Assembly: GCA_963828735.1 (NCBI GenBank) | Contig: CAWHFW010000005.1 | Location: 2,272,001 to 2,336,000 of the forward strand | Reading direction: 5' to 3' | DNA from: an uncultured Gemmatimonadales bacterium | GTDB lineage: Bacteria > Gemmatimonadota > Gemmatimonadetes > Gemmatimonadales > GWC2-71-9 | Length of the DNA: 64,000 nt | Part shown: in pieces, positions 29,450 through 39,595 of the stretch | Layout of the letters: every line of letters starts with the position of its first letter | Numbering within the stretch: the stretch's first letter is position 1 | Program-made: the position numbers and the translations under genes | The notes under the pieces: generated by a model | Seen by the model: only the letters and a program-made list of their open reading frames with translations | What the model was told of the DNA's origin: nothing | Database searches by the model: none

Positions 29450-30018
29450 AAGGTCTCGCTCGTCGCCTGGCGCTCCTGGCGGTGTTGGGACTTGCCTGCC
29501 GACCGGCGGACTCCGCGCCGACCGGACCGCGGCTTACGGCGCGGTGGACCGGCGCCGACACGGCCCAATTCTCCGGACCGATCGTCGGCGAGTGGTGCGA
29601 CTCGCTCCATCTGCTCGAGATCCGCGCGGTGGACGGCGATACCGGAGTCGGGATTGCGCTGTACCCGGCGGACACCATCGAAGCCGGGGAGTACCCCATT
29701 CGTGCCCCGGATGTGGCCGACACCACGCGACCCCCTTCGGCCGCGATCGGGCTCCGGTGGTTCTCGCAGACGTCGGTCATCGGCTTTCAGGGCGACAGCG
29801 GAGGCCTCACGCTGGAGCGACGGGCCGATGGGTCGCTGTCGGGGCGGTTCACCGCGGGGGCCCATCCACTCACCGGCAAGGGCCGACTGCACGTGACGGG
29901 GTCGTTCAATGGTCTCAGGACCACGACTGCCCCACGCAAGTGCGCCGGCCCGCCGGCCGCCGACACCATCCGCCGGGGCATCGGTGAAGGCGGGGAGGCC
30001 GAGGCGGATAGCGGTTAG
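29446..30018 (+). CDS. Hypothetical lipoprotein
   Basis: MKGLARRLALLAVLGLAC lipobox; ATGA overlap with upstream gene. Confidence 0.75.
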   Translation: MKGLARRLALLAVLGLACRPADSAPTGPRLTARWTGADTAQFSGPIVGEWCDSLHLLEIRAVDGDTGVGIALYPADTIEAGEYPIRAPDVADTTRPPSAAIGLRWFSQTSVIGFQGDSGGLTLERRADGSLSGRFTAGAHPLTGKGRLHVTGSFNGLRTTTAPRKCAGPPAADTIRRGIGEGGEAEADSG

Positions 30019-30029
30019 ATTAGGGCGTC

Positions 30030-31241
30030 ATGGAGAGCACCTACTTCCGGCGCGGCTTCGGCCTCAAGGCCGAGATCGAAGGCCAGCTCACGGCCGACTA
30101 CCACAGTACGGTGGTCGAGGCGTTGCGCGCGCGGAACTACCGGCTGGACGTCGGGTCGCTGAGCTTCCGGCTGGCCCGCGAGTTCGGCTTCTGCTACGGC
30201 GTGGACCGCGCGGTGGACTACGCCTACGAGACCCGCCGCAAGTTCCCCGACCGGGTGCTCTACCTCGTCGGCGAAATCATTCACAACCCGCACGTCAACC
30301 AGAAGCTGCAGGATATGGGCGTGCGGTTCCTCGCCCGGAACGACGAGGGCCGCTTCGATTTCTCCGGCATCGGGGCCGAGGACGTGGTCATCCTCCCGGC
30401 CTTCGGCGTGACCATGGACGACTTCCAGCGGCTGCGCGCGCTCGGCTGCGTGCTGGTGGACACGACGTGCGGCTCGGTGCTCAACGTCTGGAAGCGGGTC
30501 GAGAGCTACGCCGGCGATGGGTACACCGCCGTGATCCACGGGAAGCACTACCACGAGGAGACCAAGGCCACCGCCAGTCAGGTGATGAAGTATCCGGGCG
30601 GCCGCTACCTCGTGGTGCTCAACATGGCGGAAGCGCGGATCGTCTGCGACTTCATCGAGCAGGGTGGCGACGCGGCCGCGATGGAGGCCAGGTTCGCCAA
30701 GGCGGTGTCTCCCGGGTTCGACTTCTCGCAGGACCTCGTCCGGGTGGGCATCGCGAACCAGACCACCATGCTGTCGGGCGAGTCGCTGGCCATCGCGGAG
30801 GAGATCCGGCGCAGCATCGAGCGGCGTTACGGCGTGGACGCCGTGGCGGACCACTTCCGCTCCTTCGACACGATCTGCTCGGCGACGCAGGAGCGGCAGG
30901 ACGCCGTGCTCGCGCTGGTCCAGGACCCGCTCGACGTGATGCTGGTGGTGGGCGGGTACAACTCGAGCAACACCTGCCACCTAGCGGCGCTGGTCCAGTC
31001 CCAGGGCATCCGCACCTTCCACATCGAGGACGCCGAGGGCGTGGACCCCGGTACCGGGACGATCCGCCACCAACCCATCGGGACCAAGCACGAGGACGTC
31101 ACCGCCGGCTGGCTCGGCGACGCGCGGATCGTCGGCATCACGGCCGGCGCCTCGACGCCGAACAACAAGGTCGGCGAGACGATCGCGCGCGTCTGCGTCC
31201 TGGCCGGCGTCGGCGAGGAGCTGCGCGCCCTGACGGCATGA
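30030..31241 (+). CDS. ispH: 4-hydroxy-3-methylbut-2-enyl diphosphate reductase (long form)
   Basis: FGFCYGVDRA, IHNP, DTTC, NQTTM, DTICSATQERQ, SSNT, TAGASTP. Confidence 0.96.
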   Translation: MESTYFRRGFGLKAEIEGQLTADYHSTVVEALRARNYRLDVGSLSFRLAREFGFCYGVDRAVDYAYETRRKFPDRVLYLVGEIIHNPHVNQKLQDMGVRFLARNDEGRFDFSGIGAEDVVILPAFGVTMDDFQRLRALGCVLVDTTCGSVLNVWKRVESYAGDGYTAVIHGKHYHEETKATASQVMKYPGGRYLVVLNMAEARIVCDFIEQGGDAAAMEARFAKAVSPGFDFSQDLVRVGIANQTTMLSGESLAIAEEIRRSIERRYGVDAVADHFRSFDTICSATQERQDAVLALVQDPLDVMLVVGGYNSSNTCHLAALVQSQGIRTFHIEDAEGVDPGTGTIRHQPIGTKHEDVTAGWLGDARIVGITAGASTPNNKVGETIARVCVLAGVGEELRALTA

Positions 31242-31251
31242 CACCAGCCAC

Positions 31252-31908
31252 ATGGCCTTCCTGGACCTGAGCCACACCATCGAGCATGGGATGACGACGT
31301 ACCCGGGGCTTCCGGGTCCGGTCATCTGCGATTTCATGAGCCGGGAAGCCTCGCGCGGGCGCTATGCCCCGGGCGTCGAATTCCACATCGGCAAGATCGA
31401 GATGGTGGCCAACACGGGCACGTACCTGGACGCGCCGTTTCACCGCTACGCCGACGGGAAGGACCTGTCGCAGCTGCCCCTGGACTCCCTCGCCGGCCTC
31501 GATGCGGTGGTGGTTCGACCTCCCGCGGGGCGAGGTACCCAGGCGGTCGATCGCAACGCCCTGGAGGGGCGCGACGTGCGCGGCAAGGCCGTGCTCGTTC
31601 GGACCGGCTGGGACGTGCATTGGGGCACGCCGGCTTACCTCGAGGGCAACCCGTTCCTCACGGCGATGGCTGCCGAGTACCTGCTCGCGAACGGTGCGGC
31701 GCTCGTGGGGATTGATTCGCTCAACATCGACGACATCAGGGATGCAGAACGTCCCGTGCATTCAATCCTCCTCGGCGCCGGGGTCCCGATCGTCGAGCAC
31801 CTGTGCAATCTCGGGCCGCTGCCAGAGTCGGGCTTCCGCTTCTCGGCGGTGCCGGTCAAGGTGGCGGGCTTCGGGAGCTGGCCGGTTCGCGCCTTCGCGA
31901 CGCTGTAA
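31252..31908 (+). CDS. Cyclase / kynurenine formamidase family
   Basis: DLSHTI, NTGTYLDAPFH, VGIDSLN, IVEHLCNL, PVRAFA. Confidence 0.9.
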   Translation: MAFLDLSHTIEHGMTTYPGLPGPVICDFMSREASRGRYAPGVEFHIGKIEMVANTGTYLDAPFHRYADGKDLSQLPLDSLAGLDAVVVRPPAGRGTQAVDRNALEGRDVRGKAVLVRTGWDVHWGTPAYLEGNPFLTAMAAEYLLANGAALVGIDSLNIDDIRDAERPVHSILLGAGVPIVEHLCNLGPLPESGFRFSAVPVKVAGFGSWPVRAFATL

Positions 31909-31920
31909 TCCGAAGCTTCC

Positions 31921-32883
31921 ATGTCCTACCGTCAGACCACCGTCTTCGGCTTTCCCGCCATCGCGCTTCGCTCCGACGAAATCGAGGTCGTCGTCGTGCC
32001 GGCGGTCGGCGCCAAGCTTACGCACCTGCGCCGACTGCACGGCCGGGAGTGGCTTTGGCGCAACCCCGAGCAGCCGCTCGCGCTGCCTCGTCCCGGTGCG
32101 CCGTACGCGGAGACGGCCTACAGCGGCGGATGGGACGAGTGTTTTCCGACGGTCTCGCCGTCGGCGATTCCCGGTGCCGGCCCAGGGGCACCGACCCTCC
32201 CTGATCACGGCGAGCTCTGGAGCGCGGACTGGACCAGCGCGGTGTACGAAGACCAGGGGGGAACGACCCTCGCGAGCACGGCCAGCGGGATGCGCCTGCC
32301 ATACGAGCTCCATCGCGAGGTCACGCTCGATCACGAGCGACCCACGGTCCGCTTCCGATACCGTCTCCGGCACCTCGGCGACGCGCCGTTCCCATGGATC
32401 TGGTCTCCGCACCCCCTGTTCAACGTGCAGCCGGGAACGACCCTCGCGCTCGCCGGCATCCATCAGGTGAAGCTGGACGCCGTGTATGGTCGAGACGACG
32501 TGGCCCGTGAAGACGTGGTGAGCTGGCCCGGCGCGATCGGCGGTCAGTCGGACACGTTCACGTTTCCCGAAACGGCTGCCTGGGCGATCAAACTGTTCGG
32601 CGACGCGGGCGCGATCGGACGCATGGTGCTCACCGACCCGCGCCAGGGCGAGCGCCTCGAGATGGCAGTCGATCCCGCGGAGGTTCCGCAGGTGGCCGTC
32701 TGGATCAACTGCGGTGGGTGGGGGCCGTCGGGTCAGGCGCCGGTGTACAACCTGAGCCTCGCGCCACGCATCGGAGCACCGGACCGGTTGGAGGACGCCG
32801 TGCTGCACTGGCGCACGGCGCCGATGCTCGAGCCCGGAGGCGAGCGGCGGTGGAGCATCGAGGTGACGCTCCCGGAGGAGTGA
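31921..32883 (+). CDS. Galactose mutarotase-like (aldose epimerase family) protein
   Basis: GREWLW, GGWDECFPTV, PDHGELW, WSPHPLF. Confidence 0.8.
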   Translation: MSYRQTTVFGFPAIALRSDEIEVVVVPAVGAKLTHLRRLHGREWLWRNPEQPLALPRPGAPYAETAYSGGWDECFPTVSPSAIPGAGPGAPTLPDHGELWSADWTSAVYEDQGGTTLASTASGMRLPYELHREVTLDHERPTVRFRYRLRHLGDAPFPWIWSPHPLFNVQPGTTLALAGIHQVKLDAVYGRDDVAREDVVSWPGAIGGQSDTFTFPETAAWAIKLFGDAGAIGRMVLTDPRQGERLEMAVDPAEVPQVAVWINCGGWGPSGQAPVYNLSLAPRIGAPDRLEDAVLHWRTAPMLEPGGERRWSIEVTLPEE

Positions 32884-32937
32884 CGGGGCGGGGGTCTCGG
32901 TCGTCGTGGCGGGACGATCGCGACGGCGCGGTCCGGA

Positions 32938-33867
32938 TCAGTCTGCGGGCGGCGTCGGCGCGTCGGCGCGCTCGAGGCCTACGTCGGCGAAGGAGACCGG
33001 ATCCTCGATGGGCTCCAGGTGGGTGAACACGCTACTGCTGGGCACGGCCGCGCGCACTTCCTCCTCGATCCGCTCGAGCAGATCGTGCCCTCGCTGCACC
33101 GACCAGCTCCCCGGCACCAGCACGTGGAAGTCGATGAAGCGCCACGCGCCCGCCTGTCGCGTCCGCAGGGCGTGGAAGCGCACGCCGTCGTTCGCGTGCT
33201 GCGCGAGGATCTCGGTGATCTTGTGCTGCAGCTCCTCGGGGATGGCCGTATCGAGCAATCCCATGAGCGAGCGACGGAGGATGTTCACCCCCGTGCGCAA
33301 GATGTTGAGCGCGACCAGGATGGCGATGACCGGGTCGAGCCGCTGCCAGCCCGTCATCGCCGCCGCGGCCACGCCGACCACGACGCCAGCGGAGGTCCAG
33401 ACGTCGCTCATCAGGTGATGCGCATCGGCCTCCAGCGTGATCGACTGGTACGCCCGGCCCGCGCGAAACAGCTTCCTGGCGACGAACAGATTGATCAGGG
33501 ATGCGGCGATCGCGATGCCCGCGCCCACGGCGATCTGCTCGATCGGCTGCGGGGCGAGCAGGCGACGGACGGAGGCGTAGATGATGCTGGCGGCGGCGAG
33601 CAGGATGAGCGCGCCCTCGAAGCCGCTGGAAAAGTACTCCGCCTTGCTGTGGCCGTAGCGGTGATCCTCGTCCTCCGGGCGGGCGGCCGCGGAGAGCGCG
33701 ATCAACGCGACGATGGCCGCCGCGAGATTGACCAGCGACTCGAGCGCGTCCGAGAGGAGACCCACCGACCCCGTGATGACGTACGCGCTGCCCTTGAGCA
33801 CGATCGTCGCGAGCGCGGCCAGGATGGAGATGACGGCGTAACGGTAGAGCGACGCGCGGTCGACCAT
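32938..33867 (-). CDS. Cation diffusion facilitator transporter
   Basis: [30 protein letters not shown]. Confidence 0.93.
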   Translation of the reverse strand: MVDRASLYRYAVISILAALATIVLKGSAYVITGSVGLLSDALESLVNLAAAIVALIALSAAARPEDEDHRYGHSKAEYFSSGFEGALILLAAASIIYASVRRLLAPQPIEQIAVGAGIAIAASLINLFVARKLFRAGRAYQSITLEADAHHLMSDVWTSAGVVVGVAAAAMTGWQRLDPVIAILVALNILRTGVNILRRSLMGLLDTAIPEELQHKITEILAQHANDGVRFHALRTRQAGAWRFIDFHVLVPGSWSVQRGHDLLERIEEEVRAAVPSSSVFTHLEPIEDPVSFADVGLERADAPTPPAD

Positions 33868-33869
33868 GG

Positions 33870-34802
33870 TCAGGCGGCCACAGGCAGCATGCGGAGGACC
33901 TCGGCGACGGTCAGGGGGGCGCTCCCTTCGGCCCGGTTGTTGACGAGCAGATAGGCCGGGATACGGGTGCGGACGGCGGTCTCGATGAGACGCAGCAGGT
34001 CCTGCCGGAGCGGCGGCGAGGGATCCAGGATCCGGTCGTACGGGGCAAAGGCGTCCACCGCCTCATCGTAGGTGCGGCCGGGGCGAAGCAGCGCGCGCGC
34101 GACCAGAAACGGCCCGGAAACCGAGCCCGGCAGATCGAGCTGGTCGCCGATCGGCGGCATGCGGGTCCACGAGTTGAATACGTGCGCCACACCGTGCTCA
34201 CGCAGCACGGCAAAGTACATCGGGGTCAGGAACTCCTCGTTCCGGATCTCGACCCCGTACATCGCCTCTCGCGGCAGCGCGGAGAAGAATTCGTCCAGCT
34301 GCACGGCAAAGCGCTCGGGGGTCATCCCGCTCCCGCGCCCGATGGATTGGAACTCGAAGACGAACGGGCCGGTGTGGTCCGCGAAGTACCGCTGGTAGGG
34401 CTCGAACACGGCCTCGAGAAAGACCTCGGGATTGAGGAAGTCCGGGTTGACCTGGCCCGCCCGCGCCCTGTCCTGCGCTTGCGCGAACGTATGCACGGTC
34501 AACTGGTTCCACACCTTGCTCACGCACGGGAAGCCGGGCGGCAGGGACTCCGCGTACGACGCGAGCGTCGCCTCGGTGGGCGGCGCGTAGAAGCTGGAGT
34601 CGATGCCCACGGTGCGGAAGAGTGGAAATTGCGCGTACTCCTTCAGCATCCTGGCCGGCGCCCCGCGTCCGGCGTAGTCCTCGTGGTACACCAGCCCTCG
34701 CCACCCCGGATAGTTCCATGATGAGGCGCCGAACCGGACCGTCGCGGGCAAGCGGGCGGCCAGCGCCTCGAAGTCTGCGGCTAGTGCGGCACGATCCGGA
34801 AT
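33870..34802 (-). CDS. DUF72 family protein
   Basis: [35 protein letters not shown]; start uncertain (ATT 34802 after GGAGG). Confidence 0.85.
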   Translation of the reverse strand: MPDRAALAADFEALAARLPATVRFGASSWNYPGWRGLVYHEDYAGRGAPARMLKEYAQFPLFRTVGIDSSFYAPPTEATLASYAESLPPGFPCVSKVWNQLTVHTFAQAQDRARAGQVNPDFLNPEVFLEAVFEPYQRYFADHTGPFVFEFQSIGRGSGMTPERFAVQLDEFFSALPREAMYGVEIRNEEFLTPMYFAVLREHGVAHVFNSWTRMPPIGDQLDLPGSVSGPFLVARALLRPGRTYDEAVDAFAPYDRILDPSPPLRQDLLRLIETAVRTRIPAYLLVNNRAEGSAPLTVAEVLRMLPVAA

Positions 34803-35953
34803 ACCCGTCCCTCCGAGTTCATCACGTACAGCTCGCCCGCCGCATCCTGCCCGAAGCTCGGCACCGCGCCGCCGGGCGCCAAGGTGGGCCACTGATGGGG
34901 GTCCACCGCCTGGCCGTTCTCCAGCCGGAAGCTGCGGACCCAGCCCTGGCAGTAGTCGGCGTAGAAATAATGCCCCTGCAGCGCGGGAATGGCAGCGCCC
35001 CGATAGACATAGCCGCCGGTGATGGAGCACGCGCCGTTGTCGTGCGAGTATTCCACCAGGGGCAAGGTATAGAGCGAGAGATCGCAGGTCGCGCTGGCAT
35101 AGCAGTGACGTCCCTCGGTCACGTTCCATCCGAAGTTGGCGCCCCGGCCCGCGCCATCGGCCGCAGTGACCACGTCCACTTCTTCCCACGCATTCTGACC
35201 GACGTCCGCGACGTACAGGTCGCCGGTGGCGGGATCGAAGGTGAATCGCCACGGGTTTCGAAGGCCGTAGCTCCACACCTCGGGACGGGCATCGGTCCGC
35301 CCCACGAAGGGGTTGTCGGCTGGTACTGTGTATCCCGTGCCGCTGGCGACGTCCACTCTCAGAATGTCCCCGAGGAGGTCAGTCAGGGACTGACCCCTTC
35401 CACCCGGGTCGCCGCCGCTGCCACCGTCGCCCAGGCCGATGTACAGCATGCCATCGGGACCGAACAGGATCTGGCCCCCATTATGATTGGCGAACGGCTG
35501 CTCGGCCGTGAGGACCACCGTCGCGCTCGACGGGTCCGCCTGGTCGGGATCGCCCGCGGATACCCGGTATGTCGCGACTGTGGTGTTGCCGTTCACGTCG
35601 GTATAGTGCACTACGAAGCGTCCGTCGGTCGCATACGCAGGATCGAAGGCGAGCCCGAGGAGGCCTTGCTCACCGCCCGTGGACACGAGCGGAGTGAGGT
35701 CGAGGAAGGGTGTCGGCAGCAGGCTTCCATCCTTGACGATCCGGATGAGTCCGCCCTTCTCCACGATGAAGAGTCGCGAATCGCCGGGAGGCGCCGTCAG
35801 GTACAGGGGGAAGTTCAATCCGGCCGCCACTTCCTGCAGACCGACCGCCACCGGGCCGTCGGTCGGCTCCTGCACGCTTCCGCCGGCGTCACAGGCCGCG
35901 GCGGTGAGCGCGAGCAGACCGAGAACCGGGGGCAGCGTGATCGCTCGTCTCAT
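34781..35953 (-). CDS. PQQ-dependent glucose/sorbosone dehydrogenase family lipoprotein
   Basis: TAAAC lipobox, EQGLLGLAF, NHNGG, GDGG, YGLRNPWR, ITGGYVYRG. Confidence 0.9.
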   Translation of the reverse strand: MRRAITLPPVLGLLALTAAACDAGGSVQEPTDGPVAVGLQEVAAGLNFPLYLTAPPGDSRLFIVEKGGLIRIVKDGSLLPTPFLDLTPLVSTGGEQGLLGLAFDPAYATDGRFVVHYTDVNGNTTVATYRVSAGDPDQADPSSATVVLTAEQPFANHNGGQILFGPDGMLYIGLGDGGSGGDPGGRGQSLTDLLGDILRVDVASGTGYTVPADNPFVGRTDARPEVWSYGLRNPWRFTFDPATGDLYVADVGQNAWEEVDVVTAADGAGRGANFGWNVTEGRHCYASATCDLSLYTLPLVEYSHDNGACSITGGYVYRGAAIPALQGHYFYADYCQGWVRSFRLENGQAVDPHQWPTLAPGGAVPSFGQDAAGELYVMNSEGRVFRIVPH

Positions 35954-36446
35954 CCAGGTGCCTCTTGTCATCGGGTGTCTGGTCGCGGTCACCGGGTGTA
36001 CGCCCCTCGGGGTCTGGCTGTACGAGGACCCGCGAGTGACGGTGGCGCGCGTGCGGGTCGACGCCGATACCACGAATGACCGCCCGGTCCTCGTCGCCCT
36101 CGCCCTGAGCAACCCGAACGACTACACGGTCTCGACGACGCGCGTCGAGCTCAAGCTGGCGCTGGACGACCAGCCCATCGGGCGCCTGGACCAGGACAGC
36201 AGCTTCATCGCCACGCCCAGGGGGACGTCGACCATGGCGCTGCCCCTCATCCCGGACCGGACCGCGACCCGCGCGCGGCTCGAGACCTTCTACTCCGGGG
36301 TCCACCGGTTCAGCATCGAAGGCAGGGCCACGTTCACGACGCCGGTCGGGAAGCGGAAGGTCCGCTTCGTCCAGAGCGGGGAGCTGGCGTTCGGGCAGCC
36401 ACCTTTGCCGCCATCCGCTCCACCCGATCCAGATGGGTCACCGTAA
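35937..36446 (+). CDS. LEA_2/WHy-domain lipoprotein
   Basis: VAVTGC lipobox, PRVTV, SNPNDY; start GTG 35937 or 35958. Confidence 0.75.
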   Translation: MIARLIQVPLVIGCLVAVTGCTPLGVWLYEDPRVTVARVRVDADTTNDRPVLVALALSNPNDYTVSTTRVELKLALDDQPIGRLDQDSSFIATPRGTSTMALPLIPDRTATRARLETFYSGVHRFSIEGRATFTTPVGKRKVRFVQSGELAFGQPPLPPSAPPDPDGSP

Positions 36447-39441
36447 GGGTAATCGCGCCGAAGTCCTCCTCGACCTTCCCCCGAAAGATGAACGGTCCCT
36501 GATCGAAGAGCACGTGACCGCGCTCACGGTAGACGTCCGGAAAGAGCACGGTCTCGATGAGCCCATGGCCGTCGTCGAAGGTGGCGAACTCCATGGGCTC
36601 GTCCTTCAGGGTGTGGACCGGCTTGGCGGTGGTGAGCATCCCCGCGACCAGGACGTGCCGGCCCACGTGCCGGTGCAGCTCGGTGCTGGGACAGAGCCGG
36701 AATGCCCGGAGCGGGTCCGCGTACAACGCCATGGGGTGCGCGTCGGTGATGAAGCCCATGGCCGCGTGCTCCTCGCGCCGCCGGCGCTCGGGGCCGTACG
36801 CCTTGAGCACGGGGACCGCGGGTGGCAGGTGATCGAACCAGTCGCCAGGACGCTCGTCGGGCGAGCGGACGCAATCGGCGGTCGAGTCCACCAGCCAGAG
36901 CATCATCGGACGGGTCCAGCCGCCGCTGATGGAATCGAGCGCGCCGACCTTGATGAGCGCGCGGAGGTCGGCCGGCGCGAGACCGGCGCGGGTGCGGAGG
37001 TCGGCGAGGCCGGTGAAGGCGCGGACCGCCCTGACCGCGAGCAGTCGTTCCGCCCCCTCCGCCGACAACTCCTTCACGAACTGCAGGCCGACCCGTAGCT
37101 CCCGCCCTTCCCCCGTGCAGCGGACATCGCTCGCGTTCACGTCGGGCGGGAGCACCGTGAGGCCCATCCGCATGGCTTCCGCCACGTAGGCGAACGGGTG
37201 GTAGAACCCGCCGCCGTTGGCCAGCACCGCCGCCATGAACTCGGCCGGATAGTGCGCGCGCAGATAGCACGAGTGCTGCGCCACCTGGATGTACGACGCC
37301 GAGTGGCCCTTGCAGAAGCTGTAGCCGGCGAACGACATGATCATGGCCCAAACGCGCTTGATCGTCTCGGGGTCGCGGCCGCGCGCGAGGGCGCCCGTGA
37401 AGAACTCCTCGGCGTAGCCGGCGAGCGCCTTGGCCGGCCGCTTCTTGGACAGCGATTTCCGGAGCCCGTCGGCCACGGCGAGCGGCATGCCGGCGAACGC
37501 GTGGCAGACGTTCACCACGTCCTCCTGGTAGACCATGACGCCGAACGTGTCGGCCAGCGTGTCACGCAGCACCGGATCGAGCGGCTCGTAGGGCGCGCCG
37601 TGCAGCCGCTCGAGGTAGACCTTGATGTAGCGGTTGGACGCGGGCCGGATGATGCTGGTGTTGAGCACCAGCAGCTCGAAGGTGTCGGCCCGGCTCTTGG
37701 CGCAGAGCATCCGCGACGCGGGCGACTCGGTGTAGAAGACGCCCATGGTCTGCCCCGTGCGGAAGAGCGCCTTCGTGGGCTCGTCCTCGCCGGGATCGGA
37801 CGAGGTATAGTCGATGTGGCGACCGGTGTGCGCGCCCACCGCGGCGATGGCGTCGCGAATGACGGCAAGCGAGCGGTTGCCGAGCAGGTCGATCTTGACG
37901 AGTCCCGCGTCTTCGGCGCCGTCCTTCTCGAACTGGATGACGGGCACCGTAAGATCCGGATGCCCATCGAGCGTCTTCACCGCCGGCTCGATGGGGACGT
38001 AGTCGGTGAGCGCGGTGGGCACGATGACCACGCCGCCCGGGTGGAGCGAGAGGTGGCGCGGCAGGCCCACCAGCGGGGCCGCCATGCGGGCGAACTCCTG
38101 CCAGCTCGGCGGAAGGTCGAGCGCCTTGAAGTTGGGATGCGTCGCGAGCGTCTCCTCGAGCGGCAGGTCCTCGAAGACCGGAATGCGGCGGGTCACCTCG
38201 CGAATCTCGCCGGCGGGACGGCCGTGCACCTTGGCCACCTCGCGGAGCGCGCCGCGCAGGCGGAAGCAATTGTGGTTGGCCACCATCGCGGCCTGGGGAT
38301 GGGGATAGTGGCGGAACACGTAGGCCAGCACGTCGTCGCGCTCGTCCCAGGGGAAGTCGAGATCGATGTCGGGCGGGTCCTTGCGCTCGGGATTCAGGAA
38401 TCGCTCGAACAGGAGTCCCGCGCCGAGCGGCTCGACGTGGGTGATCCCGAGACAGTAGCTCACGATCGAGTTGGCGACGGAGCCGCGGCCGCAGTGGGTG
38501 GGCCCGTTCGCGACGATGTCGCGCACCACCAGGAAATAGTCGGCGAACCCCTTCGCCTCGATGATGGCGAGCTCGTGCTCGAGCCGCGCCGCGGTCACCG
38601 GCGCGACGGTGCCGTAGCGCCGCTCGGCGCCGGCGTACGCGTGTACCCGGAGCGCCGCGAGCGCGTCGTCCGCGTCGGCGAAGCGCGGCGCCACGATGCG
38701 GCCCACCGGAATGCGATACCGGCACCGCTCGGCGATCTCGGCGGCGGCGCGCACGGCGTCGGGGCAGTCGGGAAACTGGCGGATGAGGTCCGCCTCGGGG
38801 CGAAGCCAGGCGTCGCGGGGAAACAGACGGTCGGCCGGTCGGACGATCGGCCGGTCGGTGCCGACGAGGGCGGAGAGGGTCGTGTTGAGATGAATGGCGC
38901 GGAGGAGACGGTGACGCTGCCAGTCCTCGGGGTGCGCCATGACGGCGGCGCCGGTGACGACGGCGGAAAGCCCGAGCCGACGCCCGGCGGCGAGCACGGC
39001 GTGGCGCTCCTTGCCGGGCACGAGCTCGGCGTAGAGATCGCGCGGGCCGCTGACTCGAAGGACGCGCTCGAGAAACGCGGGATCGCGCGAGAGGAGGATC
39101 AGGCCGTCGCGGTCGGGAGCGAGCCGGTCGGAGAGGAGACCCTTCGGCTCCCTCTTCGCCCAATGGATCCAGGTGATTGCCCGGCACAGCGCGGCCCAGC
39201 CACGCTCGTCGGTCGCGAGGGCGATGGTCTCCTCATCGCCCGTGACGAGATGCGCGCCGAGGATCGGGCGCACGCCCGCGGCCTCGCAGGCGCGCTGGAA
39301 CTCGATGGCGCCGTAAACGCCGTTGGTGTCGGTGCACGCGAGCGCCGCAAGTCCCCGCTCTGCGGCGGCTGTGGCCAGGACCTCGGGGCTCGAGACGCCG
39401 ATGCCGAAGGAGAAGTGGGTGTGGAGGTGGAGATGGACCAC
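36334..39441 (-). CDS. dnaE2: DNA polymerase III alpha, error-prone DnaE2 type
   Basis: PHP HLHTH, GRGSVANS, LFERFL, PDIDLD, KIDLLG, YSFCKGHS, GGGFY, OB fold; no C-terminal SRDF motif. Confidence 0.9.
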   Translation of the reverse strand: MVHLHLHTHFSFGIGVSSPEVLATAAAERGLAALACTDTNGVYGAIEFQRACEAAGVRPILGAHLVTGDEETIALATDERGWAALCRAITWIHWAKREPKGLLSDRLAPDRDGLILLSRDPAFLERVLRVSGPRDLYAELVPGKERHAVLAAGRRLGLSAVVTGAAVMAHPEDWQRHRLLRAIHLNTTLSALVGTDRPIVRPADRLFPRDAWLRPEADLIRQFPDCPDAVRAAAEIAERCRYRIPVGRIVAPRFADADDALAALRVHAYAGAERRYGTVAPVTAARLEHELAIIEAKGFADYFLVVRDIVANGPTHCGRGSVANSIVSYCLGITHVEPLGAGLLFERFLNPERKDPPDIDLDFPWDERDDVLAYVFRHYPHPQAAMVANHNCFRLRGALREVAKVHGRPAGEIREVTRRIPVFEDLPLEETLATHPNFKALDLPPSWQEFARMAAPLVGLPRHLSLHPGGVVIVPTALTDYVPIEPAVKTLDGHPDLTVPVIQFEKDGAEDAGLVKIDLLGNRSLAVIRDAIAAVGAHTGRHIDYTSSDPGEDEPTKALFRTGQTMGVFYTESPASRMLCAKSRADTFELLVLNTSIIRPASNRYIKVYLERLHGAPYEPLDPVLRDTLADTFGVMVYQEDVVNVCHAFAGMPLAVADGLRKSLSKKRPAKALAGYAEEFFTGALARGRDPETIKRVWAMIMSFAGYSFCKGHSASYIQVAQHSCYLRAHYPAEFMAAVLANGGGFYHPFAYVAEAMRMGLTVLPPDVNASDVRCTGEGRELRVGLQFVKELSAEGAERLLAVRAVRAFTGLADLRTRAGLAPADLRALIKVGALDSISGGWTRPMMLWLVDSTADCVRSPDERPGDWFDHLPPAVPVLKAYGPERRRREEHAAMGFITDAHPMALYADPLRAFRLCPSTELHRHVGRHVLVAGMLTTAKPVHTLKDEPMEFATFDDGHGLIETVLFPDVYRERGHVLFDQGPFIFRGKVEEDFGAITLTVTHLDRVERMAAKVAARTPAPRSGRSGPSASRPAS

Positions 39442-39460
39442 GGGAGGCGCGCACCCCGGT

Positions 39461-39516
39461 TTCGGGTTTTGTTCGGTACCTCAAACCGAATCTACCCGTG
39501 GGGGGGAGGGCGTCAA
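39461..39516 (-). promoter_or_regulatory. dnaE2 promoter with TTCGG-N6-TTCGG operator
   Basis: Minus strand TTGACG-16 nt-TAGATT; box at 39461-39476 between -10 and start. Confidence 0.7.
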
Positions 39517-39595
39517 GTCGGGGGGATAAGAGACAGAGGCGAAGAGGCCTGGGACTGCGAGGCGCTACGAGAGTCACTGCAAGCCCGACGAGCCG

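Noticed and set aside
34781..35953. PQQ dehydrogenase as the methanol dehydrogenase feeding the C1 pathway
   Set aside because: Motifs are of the glucose/sorbosone dehydrogenase family, not XoxF/MxaF
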